DNA of 56,722 bases from Kiritimatiellia bacterium (GCA_045598785.1 JAZLMR010000068.1:1-56722), one strand, 5' to 3'; positions 48,273 through 56,722 are shown, counted from the first letter of the stretch. The notes: generated by a model not told the origin, from the letters alone. Numbers and translations are program-made.

Positions 48273-48857
48273 ATGAGAACGGCAACCATTGAACGCAACA
48301 CCAAGGAGACGCAAATCACGCTTTCCTTGAATCTGGACGGAACGGGCGGCGGCACCATCGACACCGGCATCGGATTTTTCGATCACATGCTGGAGCTTTT
48401 GAAAAAGCATGCGCTGATCGACTTGTCGGTCAAGGCCGTCGGCGACCTTAAGGTGGACTATCATCACACGGTCGAGGACGTCGGGCTGGTGCTGGGCAAG
48501 GCGCTCGACGAGGCGTTGGGCGACCGCAAGGGCATTGTCCGCTATGGCTTTGCCTCGATTCCGATGGACGAGGCGCTGTGCGAGACTTCGCTGGATCTCG
48601 GCGGTCGGCCGTTCCTGGTGATGATTTCGCCAATGAAGCACCTGATGGTTCGCGACTTTGAAGTGAAGCTGCTCGAAGAATTTTTCCGCGCAGTCTCGGT
48701 GGAAAGCCGCGCCAATCTGCATCTGCGCCAAATCTACGGCGACGAGCCGCATCACGTGTGCGAAGGGCTGTTCAAAAGCTTTGCGCGGGCGCTCCGGCAG
48801 GCCAAGGCGATTGACCCCAATGAGAAGGGGGTGCCCAGTTCCAAGGGCGTGATATGA
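48273..48857 (+). CDS. hisB: Imidazoleglycerol-phosphate dehydratase
   Basis: RNTKETQI, GIGFFDHMLELL, DYHHTVEDVGL, EPHHVCEGLFK. Confidence 0.92.
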   Translation: MRTATIERNTKETQITLSLNLDGTGGGTIDTGIGFFDHMLELLKKHALIDLSVKAVGDLKVDYHHTVEDVGLVLGKALDEALGDRKGIVRYGFASIPMDEALCETSLDLGGRPFLVMISPMKHLMVRDFEVKLLEEFFRAVSVESRANLHLRQIYGDEPHHVCEGLFKSFARALRQAKAIDPNEKGVPSSKGVI

Positions 48858-49579
48858 TAATCTTACCGGCAATTGACTTAAAGGGCGGCAAGTGCGTGCG
48901 GCTTCGTCAGGGGCGCGCCGACGAGGTTACGGTTTATGGCGACGATCCGGCCGCGCAAGCTCGCGACTGGGCCGAGCAGGGCGGTCGGGAGCTGCATGTC
49001 GTCGACTTGGACGGCGCGTTCGACGGCGAGCCGCGGCATGCGGAGGTGATTCGCGAGATCATTGCCGCGTTCGGCGGTCCGGTGGAAGTCGGCGGCGGAC
49101 TGCGCACTCCCGAAGCGCTGGCGGCGGTAATCGAAGCCGGCGCGACTCGGGCGATCATCGGCAGCGCCGCGCTGGAAAATCCCTCGTTGCTCGCCAAGGC
49201 CGTCGAACTTTACGGCGAGCGCATTGCCGTCGGCATTGATGCGCGCAACGGCTTCGTGCAGACCAAAGGCTGGGTGGAGACGACGACGGTGCAGGCGACC
49301 GAGCTTGCCAAGGCGGTGGCGGCCGCCGGGGTCCAGACGATCATCTACACCGACACTGCGACCGACGGCATGCTGGGCGGGCCCAATCTTACGCAAATGG
49401 CGGCGATCTGCGACGCGGCGCCCACTTGCCAGATCACGGCCTCCGGCGGCGTGTCGACGCCATTTGACATCGCCAACCTCAAGGCGCTGGAGCGGCCCAA
49501 TCTGCGCGCCGCCATCGTCGGCAAGGCGCTTTACGACGGCCGCACCACGTTGCGGGAAATGAATCTCGCGGCGATCTGA
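48854..49579 (+). CDS. hisA: 1-(5-phosphoribosyl)-5-[(5-phosphoribosylamino)methylideneamino]imidazole-4-carboxamide isomerase
   Basis: IILPAIDLKGGKCVRLRQG, VVDLDGA, VGGGLRT, TDTATDGML, ASGGVS. Confidence 0.9.
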   Translation: MIILPAIDLKGGKCVRLRQGRADEVTVYGDDPAAQARDWAEQGGRELHVVDLDGAFDGEPRHAEVIREIIAAFGGPVEVGGGLRTPEALAAVIEAGATRAIIGSAALENPSLLAKAVELYGERIAVGIDARNGFVQTKGWVETTTVQATELAKAVAAAGVQTIIYTDTATDGMLGGPNLTQMAAICDAAPTCQITASGGVSTPFDIANLKALERPNLRAAIVGKALYDGRTTLREMNLAAI

Positions 49580-49592
49580 TTTGCGAACTTCC

Positions 49593-50816
49593 ATGGCTGA
49601 CATCAGGGTTTTAGAGAGCGGGCTTCGCGTGGCAATGGTTCCCTGCGAAGCCGAGAGCGTGGCAGTGGGAGTTTTCGTGGCCAATGGCTCGCGGAATGAA
49701 AGTCGTCAGCAGGGCGGCATCTCCCATTTCATCGAGCACATGCTCTTCAAGGGCACGACCACCCGTTCGCCGCTGGACATTTCCCGGGCCATCGAGGGCC
49801 GTGGCGGCAACTTCAATGCCTGCACCAGCGAAGAGTCGACGTGCTATTATGTTCATCTGCCCAGCGAATACCTGGGCGAAGCCGTCGACATCCTCAGCGA
49901 CATGTACTTGCGCGCCGCCTTGCCGAGCGATGAATTCGAACGGGAAAAGGAAGTCGTCATCGAGGAAATCAAGATGTATGACGACGAGCCGGATTCCGTC
50001 GCGATGGAGAATCTGCAGCGCAACTTGTTCGTCGGCAACCCGCTGGGAAGACCGGTCGCCGGCAGCGAAAGGACTTTGCGGCCGCTTAAGCCCGACGACC
50101 TGCGCGCTTATCTTGCCGCGCATTATCGCGCCGACAACACGATCGTCGTCATCGTCGGCGACTTTGAGAGCGAGGCGGCGCTGAAGCTGGTGCGCCGTGC
50201 GTTTCCACTAAAGCGCCAGGTCCGTCGCGCCCGCGCCGCGGCGGCGGGGTTTGCCGATCCGCGGCCGGAGCAGACCGTCGCTCGCGACATCAAGCAGGCG
50301 CAGCTGGCGCTCGGCTACCGCACGTTCGGAATTACCGATTCGCGCAAGTACGCGGCCACGGTAATGGACGCCGTCTTGGGGCGCGGCATGAGTTCGCGGC
50401 TCTTCCAGGAAGTGCGCGAAAAGCGAGGGCTTTCCTACGACATCGCCTCGCGCATGCAGTTCTTCCGCGACGCGGGAATGTTCACGGTGACCGCCGGGCT
50501 CCATCCCGGCAAGCGCGAGGCGGCGCTGAAGACGATCGACCGCGAACTCAAGCGCATTTCCGAGAAGCGCGTGGGGGCCGGGGAGCTGAAGCGCACGAAG
50601 GATTTTCTCATCGGCAACTTCCGGCTGTCGCATGAAAAGGTGACCTCGAAGATGTTTTTCTACGGCTCGACCCTGCTCTCCTTCGGCCGACTGGTCATGC
50701 CCGCCGAACAGGTCGAAGCCATTCGCCGGGTGACGGCTGACGAGGTGCTCTCGGTCGCCCGGGAAATCCTACGGCCTGAAAGGCGTTCCGTCAGCTGGGT
50801 GCTGCCGAAAGCGTGA
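49593..50816 (+). CDS. M16-family zinc peptidase (pitrilysin/insulinase-like)
   Basis: Inverted zinc motif HFIEHMLFKGT, a downstream EE..E region, about 408 aa. Confidence 0.8.
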   Translation: MADIRVLESGLRVAMVPCEAESVAVGVFVANGSRNESRQQGGISHFIEHMLFKGTTTRSPLDISRAIEGRGGNFNACTSEESTCYYVHLPSEYLGEAVDILSDMYLRAALPSDEFEREKEVVIEEIKMYDDEPDSVAMENLQRNLFVGNPLGRPVAGSERTLRPLKPDDLRAYLAAHYRADNTIVVIVGDFESEAALKLVRRAFPLKRQVRRARAAAAGFADPRPEQTVARDIKQAQLALGYRTFGITDSRKYAATVMDAVLGRGMSSRLFQEVREKRGLSYDIASRMQFFRDAGMFTVTAGLHPGKREAALKTIDRELKRISEKRVGAGELKRTKDFLIGNFRLSHEKVTSKMFFYGSTLLSFGRLVMPAEQVEAIRRVTADEVLSVAREILRPERRSVSWVLPKA

Positions 50817-50842
50817 AACTGAAATCAAAGGAGCAAGAGTTT

Positions 50843-52771
50843 ATGAAGAAAGCCATGAATGTAGTGGAGAAGATTCTCGCCGCGCATCTGGTCGAGGGCA
50901 ATCCCGCGACGGATGCGGAAATCGGCATTCGCATCGACCAGACGCTGACCCAGGACGCGACGGGCACGATGGCCTATCTGCAGTTCGAGTCCATGGGCGT
51001 CAAGCATATCCGCAATGACCTGGCGGTATCGTATGTCGATCATAATACCGTCCAGATCGGCTTTGAGAACGCCGACGACCACGACTTCCTCGCCTCGATC
51101 GCCCAGAAGTACGGCATCATCTATTCGAAGGCCGGTAACGGCATTTGCCATCAGCTGCATCTCGAGCGCTTCGGCAAGCCCGGCACGACCTTGCTCGGGT
51201 CGGATTCGCATACGCCGACCGGCGGCGGCATCGGCCAGATCGCCATCGGCGCCGGCGGCATTGACATTGCGGTGGCGATGGCGGGCGGTGCGTTTCACAT
51301 CCCGACGCCCAAGGTGCGCGCGATCTATCTCAAGAACCGGCTGCGCAAAGGCGTCAGCGCCAAGGACGTGATCCTCAAGGTGCTGGAGAAATACGGCACC
51401 AAGGGCAATGTCGGCTGGATCTTCGAGTATTGCGGCCCGGGGGTGGCGACGCTGGACGTGCCGAGCCGCGCCACCATCACCAACATGGGCGCCGAGCTCG
51501 GGGTGACGACCAGCGTCTTTCCGTCCGATCAGGTCACGCGGCAGTTCCTGGCCGCCCAGGGCCGAGCGCGCGACTTCAAGAAGATTGTTGCCGATGCCGG
51601 CAGCGAGTATGACGATGCCTTTGAAATCGACCTGGCGAAGCTGGAGCCGCTGATGGCCGCGCCGCATTCGCCGGGCAACATCGTCACCGTCAAGTCGATG
51701 CGCGGCACCAAAGTCAATCAGATTCTGATCGGTTCGTGCACCAATTCCTCTTATCGCGACATTCGCACGGTGGCCCTGTATCTCAAGGGCAAGCATGTGG
51801 CCGACGACGTGGAAGTCGGCATCGCGTGCGGCTCGCGGCAGGTGATGGGCATGTTGGCCAAGGACGGTTCGCTCGCAATTTTGCATGCGGCCGGGTGCCG
51901 GATGCTGGAGAACGCCTGCGGCTTTTGCATCGGCGCGCACATGTCGCCGCGCACGGGCGCGATTTCGCTGCGGACCAACAACCGCAATTTCGAAGGCCGC
52001 AGCGGCACCAAGTCCGCGCAGGTCTACCTGGTCTCGCCGGAAACGGCGGCGGCTTCGGCGCTGACCGGCAAGGTGGAGCTGCCGACCCGCAAGCCGGTGG
52101 CGGCGGTAAGGAGCCCCGCGCGGTTCCCGATCGACGATGCGATGTTCCTCTATCGCCAGAGCGCCGGCAAGGGGGTGGCCAAGACCGAGATCATCCGCGG
52201 CCCCAACATTGCGGTGGTGCCGAAGGGGGTGGCGCTGGCGGAAAACCTTTCGGCGATCGCGGCCATCAAGGTCGGCGACAAGATCACCACCGATCACATC
52301 ATGCCCGCCGGCGCGCGGCTCAAGTATCGCTCAAACATTCCCGAATACGCGAAGTTCGTGTTCGAGCCGTGCGATCCCAAGTTTCATGATCGCTGTCAGG
52401 CGAATCAGGCGAAGCGGCTTGCGAACGTCATCGTCGCCGGCGAGTCCTATGGTCAGGGCAGTTCGCGCGAGCACGCCGCATTGTGCCCGATGTATCTGGG
52501 CGTGAAGGCGGTGATCGCCAAATCCATCGAGCGCATTCATCGCGCCAATCTCATCAACTTCGGCATCGTGCCGTTCAGCTTTGAGAATCCCAAGGACTAT
52601 GACCGGCTTGTCGCCGGCGACCGACTGGAGCTTAACGGCATTCGCGCTGCCGTCGCTGGCGACGGGGTCTTGAAGATCAAGGCGCCGCGGGGCACGATTA
52701 CCGTCAAGACCACGCTTTCCGAACGCGAAAAGCACTTGTTGCTTTGCGGCGGGCTGCTGGCCAGTCTTTAA
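50843..52771 (+). CDS. Aconitase-family hydratase (about 640-aa short form, likely aconitate hydratase)
   Basis: DQTLTQDATG, GSDSHTPTGG, GSCTNSS, NRNFEGR, and the swivel domain GESYGQGSSREHAA. SD sequence AAAGGAG upstream. Confidence 0.85.
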   Translation: MKKAMNVVEKILAAHLVEGNPATDAEIGIRIDQTLTQDATGTMAYLQFESMGVKHIRNDLAVSYVDHNTVQIGFENADDHDFLASIAQKYGIIYSKAGNGICHQLHLERFGKPGTTLLGSDSHTPTGGGIGQIAIGAGGIDIAVAMAGGAFHIPTPKVRAIYLKNRLRKGVSAKDVILKVLEKYGTKGNVGWIFEYCGPGVATLDVPSRATITNMGAELGVTTSVFPSDQVTRQFLAAQGRARDFKKIVADAGSEYDDAFEIDLAKLEPLMAAPHSPGNIVTVKSMRGTKVNQILIGSCTNSSYRDIRTVALYLKGKHVADDVEVGIACGSRQVMGMLAKDGSLAILHAAGCRMLENACGFCIGAHMSPRTGAISLRTNNRNFEGRSGTKSAQVYLVSPETAAASALTGKVELPTRKPVAAVRSPARFPIDDAMFLYRQSAGKGVAKTEIIRGPNIAVVPKGVALAENLSAIAAIKVGDKITTDHIMPAGARLKYRSNIPEYAKFVFEPCDPKFHDRCQANQAKRLANVIVAGESYGQGSSREHAALCPMYLGVKAVIAKSIERIHRANLINFGIVPFSFENPKDYDRLVAGDRLELNGIRAAVAGDGVLKIKAPRGTITVKTTLSEREKHLLLCGGLLASL

Positions 52772-52799
52772 GGTTCAATGCTTAATTGAGGTAAATCTG

Positions 52800-54122
52800 A
52801 TGAAGTACATTTCGCAGCAGAAGTATTGCACCGAATACATGCGCTATCTGGGCATCGCCAAGACCGCTCGGCGCAGTTATGCGGAAAGCATCCGGCTTTT
52901 GAAGGCCAAGGGCTTCAAGGACTTGGCCAGCTTCAAGACCCTCAAGGCCGGCGACAAGGTCTTTCGCGGCTATCAGGACCGCACGCTGATGGCGGCAGTC
53001 ATCGGCAAGCAGAAGATCTCCGAAGCGGGCATCAAGGTTGTCGGCGGCCACACCGATGCGCCGCGGCTCGATCTCAAGCCGAAACCACTTTACGAGAAGG
53101 GGGGCTCGGTCTATTTCGACTGTCACATCTATGGCGGCATCAAGAAATACCAGTGGCTCACCTTGCCGCTGGCGCTTTACGGAACCATCGTCCGCAAGGA
53201 CGGATCGAAGGTGCAGGTAGAGGTGGGCGATCGTCCCGGTGACCCGATCTTCATGATTTCCGACATTCTACCGCACCTTAGCAAGGATCAGGAAAAGAAG
53301 CCGGTCAATGAATTCTTTCCGGCGGAAGACCTGGATGTCGTCTGCTGGACTTCGGATGCGAAGCCGAAGGATGCGCTCGTAAAATATCTTAAGGCGACTT
53401 ACCATGTTGACGAGGATGACTTGCTGAGCGCAGAGTTGGAAATCGTGCCCGCCGGGATGCCGCGCTATGTCGGCTTTGACCGATCGCTGATTGCCGGCTA
53501 CGGCCACGACGACCGCGTTTGCTCGTTTGCCGGGCTTCAGGCGCTCTTGGACGCTTCGGGGGAAGTGCCGGCGCAGACGGCCTCCATCCTGATGTGCGAC
53601 AAGGAGGAAATCGGCTCGATGGGCGCGACCGGCATGCAAAGCTCGTTCTTCGAGAACACAGTGGCCGAACTGATTGAGCGACAGGAAAAGTCAGCGCGCG
53701 ACATTATGGTCCGAAGGGCGCTGGAGAAGTCCTCGACGCTTTCGGCGGATGTGACGGCGATTGCCGATCCGCATTTCCCCGATGTGGACTCGACCGGCAA
53801 TTCGGCGGCTTTTCACAAAGGGCCTTGCGCATCCAAATACACCGGCGGCACCTCCAAGGGCGGGGCCAGCGACTGTTCGCCGGAATTCGTCGCCAAGATC
53901 CGCAAGATTATGGCCGACGGCAAAGTCACCTGGCAGATGGCCGAACTCGGGAAGATGGAAAAGGGCGGCGGCGGCACGATTTCTCAATACATGGCGCGCT
54001 TCGGCATGGATGTCCTCGACATGGGCACCGGGTTGTGGAACATGCACGCTCCCTGGGAACTAGCCAGCGCCTTTGACTGCTGGCAGACATATTGCGCCTA
54101 CAGCGCCTACCTTCGCAGCTGA
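52800..54122 (+). CDS. M18-family aminopeptidase (aspartyl aminopeptidase-like)
   Basis: VGGHTDAPRLDLKP, YGGIKKYQWLTLPL, GHDDRVCSF, EEIGSMGA, MHAPWE. Confidence 0.85.
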   Translation: MKYISQQKYCTEYMRYLGIAKTARRSYAESIRLLKAKGFKDLASFKTLKAGDKVFRGYQDRTLMAAVIGKQKISEAGIKVVGGHTDAPRLDLKPKPLYEKGGSVYFDCHIYGGIKKYQWLTLPLALYGTIVRKDGSKVQVEVGDRPGDPIFMISDILPHLSKDQEKKPVNEFFPAEDLDVVCWTSDAKPKDALVKYLKATYHVDEDDLLSAELEIVPAGMPRYVGFDRSLIAGYGHDDRVCSFAGLQALLDASGEVPAQTASILMCDKEEIGSMGATGMQSSFFENTVAELIERQEKSARDIMVRRALEKSSTLSADVTAIADPHFPDVDSTGNSAAFHKGPCASKYTGGTSKGGASDCSPEFVAKIRKIMADGKVTWQMAELGKMEKGGGGTISQYMARFGMDVLDMGTGLWNMHAPWELASAFDCWQTYCAYSAYLRS

Positions 54123-54176
54123 GTGTCCATAAAATATGGGAAAGAGGTCTTTTCCACCAATCGCACCCGCGATCTC

Positions 54177-54206
54177 AAACCGCCGCGCAATTGAGCGGCG
54201 GTTTTG
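54177..54206 (+). terminator. Rho-independent terminator closing the long + strand gene array
   Basis: Perfect 7-bp GC stem CCGCCGC / GCGGCGG (54180-54186 / 54195-54201) with loop GCAATTGA, followed by TTTT. It is preceded by an A-run, so it could act in both directions. Confidence 0.75.
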
Positions 54207-54213
54207 CTATAAT
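54205..54213 (+). promoter_or_regulatory. Extended -10 promoter element TGCTATAAT directly abutting the terminator
   Basis: TGnTATAAT. The nearest credible + strand start codon is about 350 nt downstream. Confidence 0.5.
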
Positions 54214-54219
54214 ACTCCC

Positions 54220-54565
54220 ATCTCGCGGAAAGGTTACGGCGGTCGCGAAGGTGCGGCCTGCGCTTCGCGACAGGCTATGTCGTAGCGTAGCAGCTTAATT
54301 CGACCCGTCACCCCACGCGGGATGACATAAGAACGCGTAACCACGCGGACTTGCTCGTTCGACTGAAACGACCAATTTCATCACCTGAACGAATATGTCC
54401 TGCGAGGGGTACGCCATAGCCGAACACTCGGCTGGGCGTGTCTTCTTGCATCCATGTTTTCAGGTAAGGGCTTTGGTCGGCCTCAGTCGAGAGCACGGGT
54501 GAGGGGAGGCACGCCCGCTCTATTCATCCGACAATCCGCCGTGAAATGGGTTGGATGGGGAGCGG
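54220..54565 (+). ncRNA. Candidate structured non-coding RNA or long 5' leader (unclassified)
   Basis: Stop codons occur in all + frames. A perfect 9-bp hairpin lies at 54242-54271 (GTCGCGAAG/CTTCGCGAC). A nested stem-loop lies at 54411-54439 (ACGCC..AGCCGA acac TCGGCT..GGCGT). CCACGCGG is repeated at 54313 and 54341. CATCCA (54449) and TGGATG (54552) are long-range complementary. No known RNA family could be matched by eye. Confidence 0.3.
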
Positions 54566-55147
54566 ATGGCCGAGAATCTGGAAACGCCGAAGATCATCGA
54601 CAACGTGAGTTGCCGATTGGGCGATGACATTTCCGGGTTCCTTGGCGCGGATGCCTGTGTGTATGTGGCGTCCAGCGGGTTTTCGCTTTCAGCGTTTGAG
54701 CATCTTGCCGATGAGCTGGAGTCGGTCAGGGAGATGTTGAACCTGCGCATCCACAACCCGTGCATCTTCCGCGTGACGGACGAGGAGGGCGGGCCAATTG
54801 AGACGGCGATCTATCCGAAGGTATCAGGCGGCGTCTTGTATGGGGACAGCGCGGTTTTTCGCTATGCGAGGAGGAACCCGTCCATAGATGAACGGGCACA
54901 ATGGCCGTCGGGCGTGACGACGCTCGAGTCGCTGCTTATTCATCTTGCCGCGGAGCTGGCGGGGATGTCGGTGAGACCGGGCGAGCCGCTTAAGCTGTTC
55001 GATGAGCGCCATTATGCGGTGGAGTCGCTCCGGGCGGAACTCGCGGACGTCGAGAAGAAACTTTCAAAGGAAAAGCAACTCAATCGCAAGTACGAGCTTG
55101 CGAAGAGCAAACAGCGTGTTTTGGCAAAACTGGAGGCGGCAAAGTGA
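54566..55147 (+). CDS. Hypothetical protein; the N-terminus resembles the start of PLD-nuclease/helicase fusion proteins and the C-terminus is a coiled coil; possibly a chimeric remnant
   Basis: AENLETPKIIDNVSCRLGDDISGFLGADACVYVASSGFSLSAFEHLADEL matches the ..IDN...L...L......dia.gyf..sGf..l pattern of PLD-like N-terminal modules. However, no HxK motif or helicase domain follows. SD-like GGGGAG lies before the ATG. Confidence 0.4.
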   Translation: MAENLETPKIIDNVSCRLGDDISGFLGADACVYVASSGFSLSAFEHLADELESVREMLNLRIHNPCIFRVTDEEGGPIETAIYPKVSGGVLYGDSAVFRYARRNPSIDERAQWPSGVTTLESLLIHLAAELAGMSVRPGEPLKLFDERHYAVESLRAELADVEKKLSKEKQLNRKYELAKSKQRVLAKLEAAK

Positions 55148-55158
55148 AAACGTTGCGT

Positions 55159-56265
55159 TCAGTTTTTCAGGAGCCAGGCACCGAAGAACGGATTGGAGAG
55201 TCTGTATCCGCCTTCGTGGGCGTAAAGGACATCCAATTCGACCATGCGGAGGATCGATTTGCGGACGCTGCCCGCGTTGGCGACACCGGTTTGGCGGAGG
55301 AAGTCTTTGGAAAGCGTCTGTCGTCCGCCGAGGCGGGCAATGCCGCGCAAAACGCGCATCTGAATGGCTGTAAGACTGGCGACAATTGGCGTGTATGCCT
55401 TCGACTCGCGCGCAAAGACGAGCTCCAGCGCAATGGGAATGTCAGATTCAGAAATAACCGTGCCATTTTCCGTCGAAGCCCAAAGGGCGTCGCAGAGTTC
55501 CTGGACGTCACCGGATACGCGGTCGGCAATGTCCAGAATGCGGTCGAGGATTTCGTCGGAGACGGTGCGTCCTCCCGTCTTGAAACGGCGGGCGAGGAAG
55601 GCCTTGAAGTCTACATCGTCGATCCGGTCGATGTCAAAGAGGGCGGCAGATTTGTAGAAGGGGCTGCGGGAGCTGGAGAACATTGCGCTCATTTCATTTC
55701 TGACGCTGCCGAGAAAGATGTAGGGCGTGTTGGACTGGAACTGGATCTTGCTGCGCATTGTCGAGAGGATGCCTTGTGCGTTCTCGACATTAAGCATATC
55801 CTGAAACTCGTCGAAGACGACGCAGAGCTTGCTGCTGCGGGCATGGTACGCCACCATGTCCAGGACGTCTTCAAGGGAGTCCGGCGCAGATGTGGCCTCG
55901 AAATCTACCGAGAGGGTCGGTGCTCCGGTGGCCGTATCGATCGTCAGCGTCGGTCTGAGGCGACGGAGCAAGTCGGCGGTCTTCGAGAGAAATCCCCTGC
56001 GACGGTCAAGGGCGGTCACGGCCGCCGTCACCTTGCGGCAGAAGTCGGCTACGGACTTGATGCCCATGAGGTCCACATAAAGGAGCTTTACGCCGCGCGT
56101 CTTGCGAACGGCCTCGCAGACAAGAGACGTCTTGCCCATCCGTCGCTCGCCTTGGACGACGACGTTCTGCCCGGATTCGACGAGACGTCGCAGTTCGCGT
56201 TCCAGCACGGGACGGGGACAGAAGAAGTCGCCGTTGACGATACATCCGTATTTGAATGGGTTCAT
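55159..56265 (-). CDS. Stand-alone AAA ATPase of the archaeal-ATPase/DEXX-box type with C-terminal winged-helix-like region
   Basis: FCPRP..E...L, Walker A VVQGERRMGKTSL, Walker B LCVVFDEFQ, C-terminal ...LRGIARLGG...VRKSILRMVELDVL. It is the only convincing minus-strand gene in the window. Confidence 0.8.
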   Translation of the reverse strand: MNPFKYGCIVNGDFFCPRPVLERELRRLVESGQNVVVQGERRMGKTSLVCEAVRKTRGVKLLYVDLMGIKSVADFCRKVTAAVTALDRRRGFLSKTADLLRRLRPTLTIDTATGAPTLSVDFEATSAPDSLEDVLDMVAYHARSSKLCVVFDEFQDMLNVENAQGILSTMRSKIQFQSNTPYIFLGSVRNEMSAMFSSSRSPFYKSAALFDIDRIDDVDFKAFLARRFKTGGRTVSDEILDRILDIADRVSGDVQELCDALWASTENGTVISESDIPIALELVFARESKAYTPIVASLTAIQMRVLRGIARLGGRQTLSKDFLRQTGVANAGSVRKSILRMVELDVLYAHEGGYRLSNPFFGAWLLKN

Positions 56266-56295
56266 CTGAATGACCTTTCTTGTGTTGCACCAAGT

Positions 56296-56324
56296 AGTAT
56301 AATACTATCTGGTATAATTTGCAA
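56296..56324. promoter_or_regulatory. Divergent, overlapping promoters in the 222-bp intergenic region
   Basis: Minus strand: TTGCAA (56324-56319), a 17-nt spacer and TATACT (56301-56296), then the SD sequence AGAAAGG before the ATPase ATG. Plus strand: TATAAT at 56298-56303 and TGGTATAAT at 56310-56318, facing the gene that starts at 56488. Confidence 0.5.
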
Positions 56325-56487
56325 GGGGGAAGGGGCTCGACTTGCTTTTCGTACTACGCTTGTGGTATCATTCACATCGGTTGAAGGTTTGCCGTGTGGC
56401 GGGTGACTGCGCGGTGTGTGAACAGGCGTTGACTGACTTCGGAAAACTGGGGAAGCCCCAAAAGGATTGAAGATGGGAAGTGAAAGC

Positions 56488-56722
56488 ATGCGGTCTGGGT
56501 TGCGACTCGTTGCGGGGTGTGTCGTTTTCGCAGCAGTCGGCCTCGATCGAACGGCTTCGGCCAAGACGGTCGAGATTGTGCCCGGCGGAGACATTGCCGC
56601 GGCGGTTGCGGAGGCGCTTTCGGACGAGACGCCGGCGATGGTCGTACTTGGAGCAGGCGAGTACACGCTTTCCGCCACCGTGACCATCGACCGTCCGCTC
56701 ACCGTGCGGGGCGTCAACCGGC
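56488..56722 (+). CDS. 5' part of a secreted right-handed beta-helix (pectate-lyase-fold-like) protein, running off the window
   Basis: The frame from ATG 56488 is open to the window end and encodes MRSGLRLVAGCVVFAAVGLDRTASA (signal peptide), then KTVEIVPGGDIAAAVAEALSDETPAMVVLGAGEYTLSATVTIDRPLTVRG. It is absent from the ORF track, presumably because it has no stop codon. Confidence 0.5.
   Translation, partial: MRSGLRLVAGCVVFAAVGLDRTASAKTVEIVPGGDIAAAVAEALSDETPAMVVLGAGEYTLSATVTIDRPLTVRGVNR

Noticed and set aside
54270-54300. Possible tmRNA. The sequence TAGCAGCTTAAT is identical to the end of the E. coli ssrA tag-coding region (..L A A stop).
   Set aside because: The frame ending in GCA GCT TAA reads ...LRDRLCRSVAA, which is atypical for a degradation tag. 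No 5' GGGG...TTCGAC acceptor/TLD sequence and no 3' T-arm...CCACCA could be found on either strand. The match is probably fortuitous.
54460-54525. Resemblance to RNase P RNA (CAGGTAAGGG) and to ykkC/guanidine-type riboswitch segments (GTCGAGAGCACGGG...GGGGAGG).
   Set aside because: The universally conserved RNase P blocks (GAGGAAAGTCCGG, ACAGAACCCGGCTTA) are absent. The ykkC 3' consensus (AAAGCCCGGGAGA) and a typical downstream transporter or carboxylase gene are also absent. Only a covariance-model scan could settle this.
55144-56406. 420-aa + strand ORF overlapping the right-hand ATPase gene.
   Set aside because: The minus-strand frame carries clear Walker A/B motifs (GERRMGKTS, VVFDEFQ), an SD sequence and a promoter. 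The + frame has no motifs and is its antisense shadow.

Overview
GC-rich bacterial chromosomal segment. Gene content suggests an anaerobic, polysaccharide-degrading organism, possibly PVC-type, but that is inference only. From about 4.4 kb to 54.1 kb roughly 40 tightly packed genes all lie on the + strand, many with overlapping stop/start codons. In order they are: a GltD-like oxidoreductase plus [FeFe]-hydrogenase; a TolC/MacA/MacB-type efflux set; a pectin/rhamnogalacturonan-type CAZyme cluster (GH28, CE15-GH31 fusion, GH28, GH2, PL22-like); htpG; a folate/nucleic-acid block (amidohydrolase, 5-FCL::RNase HII fusion, folP, DEDDh exonuclease); chrA; a 1631-aa secreted multi-enzyme fusion protein; AraC; queA; a PAS protein; an RluA-type synthase; a Zn-ribbon membrane cysteine peptidase; an S1-domain/small protein/sigma-like operon; cysK; mnmA; HAD; GT8; an rpiB::glyA fusion; nusB-ribD-ribE; hisB-hisA; an M16 peptidase; aconitase; and an M18 aminopeptidase. 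Both window ends (1-4330 and 54130-56722) look accessory. They are visibly less GC-rich and carry stand-alone AAA ATPases, truncated genes and shattered pseudogene fragments. No rRNA, tRNA, CRISPR array, transposase or integrase was recognised. The most unusual signals are listed here. (1) A 16-nt palindrome-bearing element, GCGGGGACTGTCCCCA, is inserted in-frame five times inside rnhB and folP. (2) Variant copies of that element, with compensatory stem changes, sit exactly at gene-truncation breakpoints and form an inverted pair around an ATPase cassette. (3) The giant protein fuses PAD_M-like, alpha/beta-hydrolase, nucleoside-hydrolase-like and amidohydrolase modules, and decayed fragments of a paralog of its amidohydrolase module lie 25 kb upstream. 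(4) AT-rich purine-run repeats are shared between the accessory region and queA. (5) Many TGnTATAAT promoters sit 6-11 nt from start codons, which suggests leaderless mRNAs. (6) An orphan promoter is followed by about 350 nt of structured non-coding sequence. All homology calls come from motif recognition by eye; no searches were run.
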